DNA of 64,000 nt from a virus: IMG/VR virus record IMGVR_UViG_3300027976_003189. One strand, given 5' to 3'. Within the stretch, counting starts at the first letter, position 1. The number at the start of each line of letters is the position of its first letter. The translations under genes and the position numbers were made by a program. The notes under the pieces are model-generated. The model saw only the letters and a program-made list of their open reading frames with translations, was not told the origin of the DNA and did not search any database. Of this stretch, positions 54,837 through 64,000 are shown one piece after another.

Positions 54837-55505
54837 TTACCAGTTAAACTTGACATCTTTTTTGTCAGATGGCACTTCTTTCTTCTCGGCCTCCGCCCCG
54901 CCACCGTCACCACTACCGTCTTTTCGTTTAGGAGTATCAGAGAACAAGCGGTCAATAACCTCTTCTTCCGGTGAGCTCTTATAGATATCTGTAAGCTTAA
55001 AGTCCTTAACAACAGATTCGATCATTGCGATCTCTTCTTCGGTAAAAGGGGTTCTCTTGCCAACAAACTTTACTGTGTAGCGAGTTCTGCGACGATCATT
55101 ATTATCTGGAATAATAACGCTGATTTGAAAATCTCCACCTGATGCTGAACCAGGAGCATCTCCAGTCATATCAAAAAACTTTCTAAGTTCTTCAAAAATG
55201 GTTGGCGGACCTTCTAAGATTTTTAGCTTTCCATCGGATCTATCAATGACATTGATAGCATATTTAAGAGAAGCCTGAACCTCAGGATAACGAGCATGTA
55301 CACTTTCAGAAGTTGTCCTATCACAAACTGAAGTTCGTATTTGTCCATTATGCTTATGGAAGAATTTATAAAACTCTACCGGAAGATGAACTGGACGAAT
55401 TGTATAAGACTTGCCACCTTCCAATTTCAAAAACTTATCACGATTACTCTTACCAGTAAAACTTTTTTCGGGACGTTCTACTTTATCCCATGTTACTGCA
55501 CCCAT
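54837..55505 (-). CDS. Single-stranded DNA-binding protein (T4 gp32-like phage SSB)
   Basis: KFLKLEGGKSYTIRP, YAINVIDR.DGKLKILE, GDFQI, TRYTV; charged tail ending in aromatics; strong SD; upstream of recA. Confidence 0.65.
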   Translation of the reverse strand: MGAVTWDKVERPEKSFTGKSNRDKFLKLEGGKSYTIRPVHLPVEFYKFFHKHNGQIRTSVCDRTTSESVHARYPEVQASLKYAINVIDRSDGKLKILEGPPTIFEELRKFFDMTGDAPGSASGGDFQISVIIPDNNDRRRTRYTVKFVGKRTPFTEEEIAMIESVVKDFKLTDIYKSSPEEEVIDRLFSDTPKRKDGSGDGGGAEAEKKEVPSDKKDVKFNW

Positions 55506-55534
55506 TTGAAACCTCCTTATAGGTTAGGGTTGAT

Positions 55535-56737
<1,203 letters not shown>

Positions 56738-56748
56738 TGTCAGTATCC

Positions 56749-57090
56749 TTATAAACTATCAAAAATTTCGTCAACCGCTTTTCCAGATTTAACAGGGTTT
56801 GATACCTTGGGAGTTTTTGCGATCTTTTCCGTGCTTGCTGACTGCTCGGTTGCCTTCTTATTTGGCTTTTCAATATCTGCTTCTTTTAAGTTCAAAGCTA
56901 CTAGAACCTGATCTACTGTTACACCCATATCAGCCGCAAGCACATTACCTATATGCTTTAGCTTTTCTTCTCTTTCTGCTTCCGTTTTCCATTCAATTTC
57001 TTCCGTTATGTCAGATGAGACATCAACAGATTCAAAATCTGCTGTTTTAATCTTTCTAGTTGCCCATTTTCTTACGACTGTTTTACCCAT
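56749..57090 (-). CDS. Hypothetical protein
   Basis: 113 aa, SD AAGGAG, TATAAT upstream. Confidence 0.65.
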   Translation of the reverse strand: MGKTVVRKWATRKIKTADFESVDVSSDITEEIEWKTEAEREEKLKHIGNVLAADMGVTVDQVLVALNLKEADIEKPNKKATEQSASTEKIAKTPKVSNPVKSGKAVDEIFDSL

Positions 57091-57127
57091 TTGATATCTC
57101 CTTTTTCATATTATAACGTTATTATAA

Positions 57128-59071
57128 TCACCCAAATAGATCCTGAGTTGGGTCTATGCCTTTTGCTCTTGACTTCTTAATATCTTTCCTAATCTTATCG
57201 AAATTTGACAAGATTGCGGATCTCTGCTCGACAGTTGGATCGCTTCCATAAAATCCAGCGTCTAAAAATGCTACTATCTTTTCTGATGTAACATATTCTG
57301 TATTTGTTCTATATGCAAAATCCATCATATCCTTATACGGTCTGTTAGCAACTATATCTGCCGCTGCCATTGGACCCATTCCTTTGACTAATATTCCAGG
57401 TCTAATTTCTGTCTTCTTAACACCGGATGATAAGTTCTTCTTTCTGTGAATTTTCCATTCCACATCCGAAGCATTAACATCCTTATCTAAAATACTCATG
57501 GTATATTTTTGTTTTCTTAAATCTTTTTCCACTACATCATATTTATCCCAATCCGACCTATCAGCTAATGTATTTAATAAAGAAACATAAAATTCATCTG
57601 GATAATTAGCTTTCAAATATGCAGTTTGATAAGAGAGAAAGGCGTAACAAGCAGAGTGAGCCAAGTTGAAACCGTAGCCTGCGAATGGTGTAATAAACTT
57701 TTCCCAATATTGATCCGCAACGTCTGCTGGTATATCCTTGTCAACACAACCAGTAACGAACTGATCTTTATACTTCTTCATGAGACTTTCTTTTTTCTTA
57801 CCAATAGCTTTAATAATTACATAGCCTTCAGAGGGAGAGAAGCCAGCTAGATTCTGCATAATTTTCATAATCTGTTCTTGATAAACAGCTATGCCATATG
57901 TCTTCTCCATAATATCTTTAACATGTTTGGCAATCGTTGGATGAAAATAGTCAATTGGCTTTTCACCCTTTTTTCTCGCGATATAATCAGGAATAGCATT
58001 CATAGGACCAGGTCTATATAAGGCAATTGTAGCCATAATATCATCTAATGATGTTGGTTGTAAATCTCTAATAGTTTTTTGCATACCATAATTTTCACAT
58101 TGGAATACTCCAACAAGTCTGCCTGACTGATATAATTCAAATGTCTTTGCATCATCCAATGGTATCTGTGCTAGGTCAATAGCAAAACTATAATTATGTT
58201 CAATCAATTTAATAGTTCTTCTTATAACGCTTAATGTCGCAATAGCTAAAATATCTATCTTAATTAAACCCATAAGTTCTAATTCTTCAAATGGGAATAC
58301 TGTTGCATATCTTTTTCTAGAAAGATATAATGGAGCTATTGTTTTTAACGGAACAGAAGAAATAACAATTCCAGCAGCATGTACGCCTTTCCCTCGAAGA
58401 TTTCCTTCCAAATGCTTAGCATGTTCTAGTATCTGAGGATACTTATCCATATAAGATTTAAAATCAGGAATATGTTCGGCTGCCTGCCTGATAGATTTTA
58501 TCTTTACTTCTTTTCCGTCAACATTGCACCAGATAGCTCCTGATCTCTCTTTAGGTAAGGACTCTGCTATCTGGTCAGCTAGTAGGGTGTTTTCTGTTCT
58601 AGCTACGTCCTTTCCCTTATGATATGCATAAGCGCAATCTAATGCTTTTACCAATCGTCTAACTGTATCTTTGATTTTTAATGTCTGAATTGTACCAATA
58701 TTAGCAACATTTTCCACCCCGTATTTTTGAATAATATAGTCCTGTACATCTGTTTGATAATCAGGATCAAAATCAATATCAACGTCAGGATATCCTGATC
58801 TGACATAAATTCTTCTGGCTGGAAGAAATTCTCCATCAGGAAGAACGCTAGTTAGTCCCACAGCGTAAGCCAGCCAGCTATTTACATTATTGACAGTTCC
58901 AAGTTCTCCATTATGATTTTTCCAAATATTATAAAATGATTTAAGGCAATTACCTCCAGATGGTTCTTCTATATTTTCTAGAATTTCAATCTCTTTATAT
59001 GCCCTTTCAATAATATCTTTATCCATATTCTTCTTAATTGCGTCTTTTAAATCATCTTTAATATTACTCAT
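57128..59071 (-). CDS. dnaE: DNA polymerase III alpha, C-terminal part (palm/thumb/fingers/HhH; no OB fold)
   Basis: YPDVDIDFD, HAAGIVIS, LIKIDILA, GVFQCE, ALYRPGP, TYGIAVYQEQIM, GYGFNLAHS, YLKANYP, HhH VKGMGP. Probable start ATG 59071. Confidence 0.95.
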   Translation of the reverse strand: MSNIKDDLKDAIKKNMDKDIIERAYKEIEILENIEEPSGGNCLKSFYNIWKNHNGELGTVNNVNSWLAYAVGLTSVLPDGEFLPARRIYVRSGYPDVDIDFDPDYQTDVQDYIIQKYGVENVANIGTIQTLKIKDTVRRLVKALDCAYAYHKGKDVARTENTLLADQIAESLPKERSGAIWCNVDGKEVKIKSIRQAAEHIPDFKSYMDKYPQILEHAKHLEGNLRGKGVHAAGIVISSVPLKTIAPLYLSRKRYATVFPFEELELMGLIKIDILAIATLSVIRRTIKLIEHNYSFAIDLAQIPLDDAKTFELYQSGRLVGVFQCENYGMQKTIRDLQPTSLDDIMATIALYRPGPMNAIPDYIARKKGEKPIDYFHPTIAKHVKDIMEKTYGIAVYQEQIMKIMQNLAGFSPSEGYVIIKAIGKKKESLMKKYKDQFVTGCVDKDIPADVADQYWEKFITPFAGYGFNLAHSACYAFLSYQTAYLKANYPDEFYVSLLNTLADRSDWDKYDVVEKDLRKQKYTMSILDKDVNASDVEWKIHRKKNLSSGVKKTEIRPGILVKGMGPMAAADIVANRPYKDMMDFAYRTNTEYVTSEKIVAFLDAGFYGSDPTVEQRSAILSNFDKIRKDIKKSRAKGIDPTQDLFG

Positions 59072-59735
59072 TAAATATATCCTTTTCATCAATTATATGT
59101 AAGTTAACTCCTGCCATTTGAAATAAGCCTCTACTGGATTTCGAATAATCAGGTAGATCACTTTTTAAGCATGTAACACTTGCTATTTTAGATTGTATAA
59201 CAGCTATCGCACATTCGTGACATGGTACACCACAGAAACAATACATATGACCACCCATAGCAGATATTCCCCCTTTTGCAGCATTAAATATTGCGTTTCG
59301 TTCTGCATGACTACAATTACATATATCCATAGATTCTCCTGATGGAATATCTAGTAACTTGCGTGGGCATGTCTTACAACCAGAGAATTTATTAACAAAG
59401 GCATATCCCATACCATCAACCTCTGTTATTAAGAGTCTATTATTAGAGAAAAAATGATAGAGTGGATAATCTTTATTACCCTTGAGATCATACTTTCTTA
59501 TAAGATAATCCCTTTGGTCATTAGTTAATATACTTTTCCAAATATGAGCCAAATAAGCAGGATCGTCATTATGTGGAGATTTGATTATAGATCCATTGTA
59601 ACCAAAACTAATTGGCTCATTATCCTCACTTATTAATACGCAACCTATCTTTCTTGAATAACAGGCGGTATTGTCGTCAGCAAGAGTTTTTGCCAACTTC
59701 ATATACTTACGTGTCCATTTGTCTATCATGTTCAC
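59064..59735 (-). CDS. dCMP deaminase (ComEB-like)
   Basis: RKIGCVL, SFGYNG, HAERNAI, PCHECAIAVIQSKI. Confidence 0.92.
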   Translation of the reverse strand: MNMIDKWTRKYMKLAKTLADDNTACYSRKIGCVLISEDNEPISFGYNGSIIKSPHNDDPAYLAHIWKSILTNDQRDYLIRKYDLKGNKDYPLYHFFSNNRLLITEVDGMGYAFVNKFSGCKTCPRKLLDIPSGESMDICNCSHAERNAIFNAAKGGISAMGGHMYCFCGVPCHECAIAVIQSKIASVTCLKSDLPDYSKSSRGLFQMAGVNLHIIDEKDIFNE

Positions 59736-59991
59736 TAAATCCTTTTACCAAGTTTGTTAGAGATTCTAGCTTTTCTATTACAGTATTTATATCCAAATTG
59801 TATGCACACGAGATAAAGTCGCCATGCTTATGATTCTTGTCACCATTGCATTCACATATTTTAAATAAACCAGGATTGTCTCCATAATATACGACCTGTC
59901 TACCATGATAAATATTTTCTGCTTTTCCGAAAATATCTGTAGATTTTTGCAAATCTCTAAACTCTTTTAATTTATCTATAATATCTTTCAT
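59707..59991 (-). CDS. Hypothetical protein
   Basis: 94 aa, between the two dnaE parts. Confidence 0.55.
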   Translation of the reverse strand: MKDIIDKLKEFRDLQKSTDIFGKAENIYHGRQVVYYGDNPGLFKICECNGDKNHKHGDFISCAYNLDINTVIEKLESLTNLVKGFSEHDRQMDT

Positions 59992-60019
59992 TTTATCTTT
60001 CGTCTAAGATTATTAACTT

Positions 60020-60244
60020 CTACTTAGTCTCCTTAGTCAATAACCAACACCCCTTGTCTTGATCCCAATTGTAAGTGTTATCCCAATCATCAATACCATC
60101 TTTCAACTTGATTTCATATTCGTATTTATGTGAATATGTTAAAATTCCATCTTTACATGAAATTTTTAAACTATGGTCTTTTATTAAAATATTGTCTTTT
60201 TGTAGTTTGCTCATTTTAGTACCTATCAACTCCACCCTGGTCAT
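60020..60244 (-). CDS. Hypothetical protein
   Basis: 74 aa, overlaps the end of the dnaE N-part. Confidence 0.5.
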   Translation of the reverse strand: MTRVELIGTKMSKLQKDNILIKDHSLKISCKDGILTYSHKYEYEIKLKDGIDDWDNTYNWDQDKGCWLLTKETK

Positions 60245-62834
60245 CTTCTACATCCCTCTCATCATCTGCCAATTCAGCAGAATCTCCAGTAGATTTTGCA
60301 AGTTTTTCTGCAACAGAAAGTTTTTCGGTAAATCCAAAATCTCTTTCTCTAACAAAGCGAAGCTCGTCAAATCCTAAAAATCTTTCCCAAAGTAATCCGA
60401 ATTTTTTAGGATCAGGACCATAACACACTTTCAAACATCTCAGAACCAAACTGGCATACCCGCTCCCTCGTCCCGTACCAACTAATATGTTTTTACTTCT
60501 AGCCCAATTAATAATATCCCAAATAATAAGAAAGTAGGAATCAAAGTGTAAATCGCTATGATCCCTGGCAGATTTTATATCTCTAAGTTCTTTCTCAATA
60601 TCTTTCATATGAGCATCGCTGGATGTATAACCCAAATCTTTAGCTCCTTGCATAACAAGATGCTTAAGATATTCAAAGGCATCCTTGAATCCATCTGGAA
60701 CTTTAAAGCTAGGCATTCTTTGATGCCCAAATAGATTATCCTCTATGTCTTTCTGATCTATTCTATCAAGCAATCCAACACTATTAGTAAGAGCATTTGG
60801 TATATTCCCAAACATCAGTGACATCTCATGCGCACTTTTTAGATAAAATTCTTCGTATGGGAAATGAATACGATTTGTGTCAGTAATACATCGTGATGTA
60901 TTCATGCACATCAAAACTTCATGAGTCTTACCTTGGCTTTTGTGTGTATAGTGGCAGTTATGAACGACATAATTATTGGCTATATAAGTTTCGTCTTCTT
61001 CAACTTGAATATTAAATACACTAGATGGATTACGAACTTCAAAAACGTCTTTTACCTTAATAGCGTAATAATTACCAATATCTATATATTTTCTTCTTGA
61101 GCATGAACTTAGTAATTTATCACCACATTTTTCAATACTAAATTCATTAAAAAATCTGTCTCTGTCTACGTGAGATAAGTGTAAAATCCATAACGGATTC
61201 CAATTGCTAGTATCAGCCTTTGGATTTTTATGTTTAGAGAATTTATTTCTACAAGAAGGAAGAATTACAAATCCAATTGTTTGTAAAACGTCAGATATTT
61301 CAAAAGCTAGCCTCTTAGAAATAGAAGCACAAACTACCGATGCTCTTTGCTGCTTCTTTGCAATATGTCCATCGCCGCCAATATAGGCAGAAATAATTTT
61401 CTTAATTTGGGATAAAGACCAATCGTAAAAAGAATTATGAATAACTGGCAAATGTTTATTCAAAGCTCCTCTTCCACATATCTTTTCCAAAATAGCATGC
61501 CAAATAACAGAAGAAAAAACAATTTTGCAATCTAAGTTTTTTACTGGTCGATATGATGTAATTCCAAATTGGGAAAAATAATTTTCTATTCTATCTTGAA
61601 TGGTATTTTCATTACAATTGGCAGCAAATCCTATTTGCCCAGCATTTTTATCTAAATGTCCTTCTGCAATAAATCTTCCTAAAATAAATAAAAGATCATC
61701 TGTTACTGGTAAAAATCTAGGAACAGATACCGATCCCTTACTGCCACCGAAAGCCTGTTTTGTAATATAATAATTATTATTTAAATATTTATTATATTTT
61801 TCCGGAAGTATATCTTTGATATCTATTAAAGGTATATCTTTAATAGAAAAACAGTTTAAACTGTTTTTTAGCAATAATAAATAGTCATTTTTATTAAGAT
61901 CTATGATATTTTTCCACATTGGATCTGAAAACTTCTGATTTGACAATTTTGATACGACGTAAACAGGATGATCTGGCGTAGATTCAAATGCATATGAACC
62001 AAGAACAGACTTTACTTTAAAAGTCCTACTAACTGATCTTTTGTTAATAAAAGATATTTTTTTCATTCTATTTTTATGACTAAGAACCATCATATCTGTA
62101 GTCAGATTTTCAATCGGAATTATCCCTGAATTTGTTTTTATCATCGTACCGGCAACAAAACAGTCATTTGTAGCAACGATAGGAACATCCATATCCGATG
62201 ATAGCTTAATTATATCTGGAATAATGTGAGCTTCTTCTGGAATACCATGATACATAACTTCTAAAAAGAAGTTTTTGCCAAAAATATCCTTGAATGTTGC
62301 TACTGCCTTTTTAGCCTGCTCATAACGGTCATAAAGCAAATTGGCATTAACCACTGAGGATAGGCACGCACTACCGATCATTAGTCCCTCAGAATGCTGC
62401 TCTAATAAGTCTATATCGATTCTGGGATTATAATAGAGTCCATCTACCCATGATTTGTTACTCAACGTACATAAATTCTGGTAGCCTTTCCAGTTCGTTG
62501 CAAAAACATTCAAATGTCTATTGCCAGCCTTACCATCTGGCTGCATTTCTTTGTTTTTATATTCATGATTTCTGCAAAGATAAAATTCTGCACCAAGAAT
62601 AGGCTTTATAGGAGCGTAAGGTATATCCTTATTATCTTTATCTTTTGTCTTGGCACATTCTTGTATAAATTTTATCCAACCACCGATATTCCCGTGATCA
62701 GTTATAGCAAGTGCAGGGAAGCCCATCTTCCTTGCTTCAAGGACAACATCAGTTACTTTTGATAGGCCATCCAATGCACTGTATTCAGTATGACAATGCC
62801 AATGAACGAAATTAGGATTATCTATTTTATTCAC
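60216..62834 (-). CDS. dnaE: DNA polymerase III alpha, N-terminal part (PHP domain to GRGS/ERFL) containing an intein
   Basis: FVHWHCHTEYSALDG, ALAITDHGN, PILGAE, HLNVFA.N.KGYQNL, GSACL, EVMYHG, ATND|CHY, YLKSAHEM, YFLIIWD, GTGRGSG, LLWERFLG. Confidence 0.95.
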   Translation of the reverse strand: MNKIDNPNFVHWHCHTEYSALDGLSKVTDVVLEARKMGFPALAITDHGNIGGWIKFIQECAKTKDKDNKDIPYAPIKPILGAEFYLCRNHEYKNKEMQPDGKAGNRHLNVFATNWKGYQNLCTLSNKSWVDGLYYNPRIDIDLLEQHSEGLMIGSACLSSVVNANLLYDRYEQAKKAVATFKDIFGKNFFLEVMYHGIPEEAHIIPDIIKLSSDMDVPIVATNDCFVAGTMIKTNSGIIPIENLTTDMMVLSHKNRMKKISFINKRSVSRTFKVKSVLGSYAFESTPDHPVYVVSKLSNQKFSDPMWKNIIDLNKNDYLLLLKNSLNCFSIKDIPLIDIKDILPEKYNKYLNNNYYITKQAFGGSKGSVSVPRFLPVTDDLLFILGRFIAEGHLDKNAGQIGFAANCNENTIQDRIENYFSQFGITSYRPVKNLDCKIVFSSVIWHAILEKICGRGALNKHLPVIHNSFYDWSLSQIKKIISAYIGGDGHIAKKQQRASVVCASISKRLAFEISDVLQTIGFVILPSCRNKFSKHKNPKADTSNWNPLWILHLSHVDRDRFFNEFSIEKCGDKLLSSCSRRKYIDIGNYYAIKVKDVFEVRNPSSVFNIQVEEDETYIANNYVVHNCHYTHKSQGKTHEVLMCMNTSRCITDTNRIHFPYEEFYLKSAHEMSLMFGNIPNALTNSVGLLDRIDQKDIEDNLFGHQRMPSFKVPDGFKDAFEYLKHLVMQGAKDLGYTSSDAHMKDIEKELRDIKSARDHSDLHFDSYFLIIWDIINWARSKNILVGTGRGSGYASLVLRCLKVCYGPDPKKFGLLWERFLGFDELRFVRERDFGFTEKLSVAEKLAKSTGDSAELADDERDVEDDQGGVDRY
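60957..62162 (-). mobile_element. Intein (402 aa) with a LAGLIDADG homing endonuclease in the DnaE PHP domain
   Basis: Starts CFVAGTMI after ATND; ends FNIQVEEDETYIANNYVVHN before +1 Cys (CHY); LAGLIDADG-like blocks LGRFIAEGH and SAYIGGDGH. Confidence 0.93.
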
Positions 62835-63342
62835 GAGGATCCTTAGAAATTAAATTCCATTTACCATTTATTTTAGAATATATCTTGCCATCTGTCACAT
62901 TAGTGGAAATGAAAGATTCCCCAACCGTATATTCCTTATACTCTTTGTTACGAGTATTTTTTTGAAATATTTCCGCTTTTTGCAAAAAAGAAGTCTTAAT
63001 GACATAGATTGTATCTAATGTACAATTAGTCATACAAGCCCAATCGGATTGACTATATTTCTTTCTAGCAGGCCAATCAACTTTGCCATTAAAACTAGGT
63101 TGAAATTTACCAGAAGTTTTCCAACCCATTTTCCTTTCTACTTCAAACTTGTGTTCTTCTTCATTTATAATAGCAATAAAATCATATGCACAGTACATCT
63201 CCTTCTGATTAGAAGGGATTTCTAATTTCATTTTCTTCTCAAAAGTAATAGACTTTATAACTTCAATTACTATATCTATTGCTACTTTATGGTCTTCTTT
63301 TAATTTTGGATTAAAAGGCTTTGAACCATTAAACGTTGCCAT
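62827..63342 (-). CDS. Hypothetical protein, possible PD-(D/E)XK fold
   Basis: YDFIA...FEVERK resembles a D...ExK motif. Confidence 0.5.
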   Translation of the reverse strand: MATFNGSKPFNPKLKEDHKVAIDIVIEVIKSITFEKKMKLEIPSNQKEMYCAYDFIAIINEEEHKFEVERKMGWKTSGKFQPSFNGKVDWPARKKYSQSDWACMTNCTLDTIYVIKTSFLQKAEIFQKNTRNKEYKEYTVGESFISTNVTDGKIYSKINGKWNLISKDPRE

Positions 63343-63964
63343 GAACCTCTCCGGTAACCAAATGCGCAGGAATGTTTACGATTTTTGCATTATAGTTTTT
63401 AATAAGGACATCTCTCTCCGGATATATAAAATAATCAAACTGCTTTCCGCCTCTATGTCTACTATGAATTAAATTGTTTTCAATTGCATTATCTTTGTAA
63501 TTCACAATTCTAGTTGAATCTGAAAAGTAAATATCTTCTAATCCTTTCTCAATGCCTGGAAATTTATCACAAGCATATCTTTTAATATCCTTTGTACTCA
63601 TTATTAGAAATTCTTTTTTAGATACAGAATACACAACAAAAATATCAGCTTCACTATTAAAGATATGAAGCGTATTAGAATCCTTGGAGCTACAAACGGT
63701 ATACATAGAATGAGTATCGTTATGCGATCCCCAGCAGTTTGTTAATGCTATTTTTCTATTTCCAGAAATGTAATCAACTCCCTTATTGTCATCTTCCTTT
63801 GCGGTTTTAACCAATTCGCAGTCAGGATAAAGATGCAACATAGACTTCTCAAAAAGATCATAAGCATCTGATATCGTTGATGCAGATGCATCTGATACAG
63901 ATGAATCAGAAATTGATACTTTTTTCATTGTTGAGTCTGTATTTGGAAATGGATCGATTTTCAT
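63329..63964 (-). CDS. Hypothetical protein, possible PD-(D/E)XK fold
   Basis: 211 aa; KEDDNKGVDY and ADIFVVY patterns are seen in phage nuclease-fold proteins. Confidence 0.5.
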   Translation of the reverse strand: MKIDPFPNTDSTMKKVSISDSSVSDASASTISDAYDLFEKSMLHLYPDCELVKTAKEDDNKGVDYISGNRKIALTNCWGSHNDTHSMYTVCSSKDSNTLHIFNSEADIFVVYSVSKKEFLIMSTKDIKRYACDKFPGIEKGLEDIYFSDSTRIVNYKDNAIENNLIHSRHRGGKQFDYFIYPERDVLIKNYNAKIVNIPAHLVTGEVHGNV

Positions 63965-64000
63965 ATTTTCACCTATGAGTAAGATTTGAATGGGTTCATA

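Noticed and set aside
59064-60300. Split intein or self-splicing intron joining the two dnaE genes
   Set aside because: No intein N- or C-terminal motifs at the ends, and the interval holds three ordinary, tightly packed genes with no recognisable group I/II features. RT-PCR would be needed to exclude splicing fully.

Overview
An AT-rich 64-kb segment that looks like part of a large lytic tailed phage (jumbo-phage-like). Almost every gene is on the minus strand, the standard genetic code fits, and I saw no tRNA, rRNA, CRISPR array, integrase or transposase. Left to right: (1) A neck/tail module (1-11.6 kb). It has a tape-measure-like ORF of at least 1870 aa that runs off the left edge and is missing from the ORF track. 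It also has tail assembly chaperones with a canonical G GGA AAA -1 slippery site plus an extra chaperone paralog, a tail tube, terminator- and Mu gp36-like neck proteins, and a GT-B glycosyltransferase embedded among them. (2) An actin-fold ATPase resembling the haloarchaeal salactin/MamK-like group, followed by two large unknown tandem paralogs. (3) Accessory genes: PhoH, an SDR epimerase, GDP-fucose synthase, two DNA methyltransferases, topoisomerase IA, a nucleotidyltransferase and a 2H phosphoesterase. (4) A glycan island of about 17 kb with GT2/GT4 enzymes, three SAM methyltransferases and a UDP-sugar dehydrogenase. It also holds an apparently complete phosphorylated-route nonulosonic acid (KDN/sialic-acid-like) pathway: NeuB-type synthase, KdsC-type phosphatase, NeuA-type CMP-transferase and three DUF115/Maf-like candidate transferases. 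(5) A replication/recombination module: PcrA/UvrD, Gam-like, SpoVS, Cas4-like exonuclease, DnaG core, RecA, SSB-like, dCMP deaminase, and a DnaE split into two genes within the polymerase active-site region, with a LAGLIDADG intein in the PHP domain. Best candidates for new biology are the phage nonulosonate/glycosylation system, the salactin-like actin, a shared MNW[YF] N-terminal leader on unrelated proteins (one a 2H phosphodiesterase), and the intein-free split DnaE. All family assignments come from motif recognition by eye; no database search was run.
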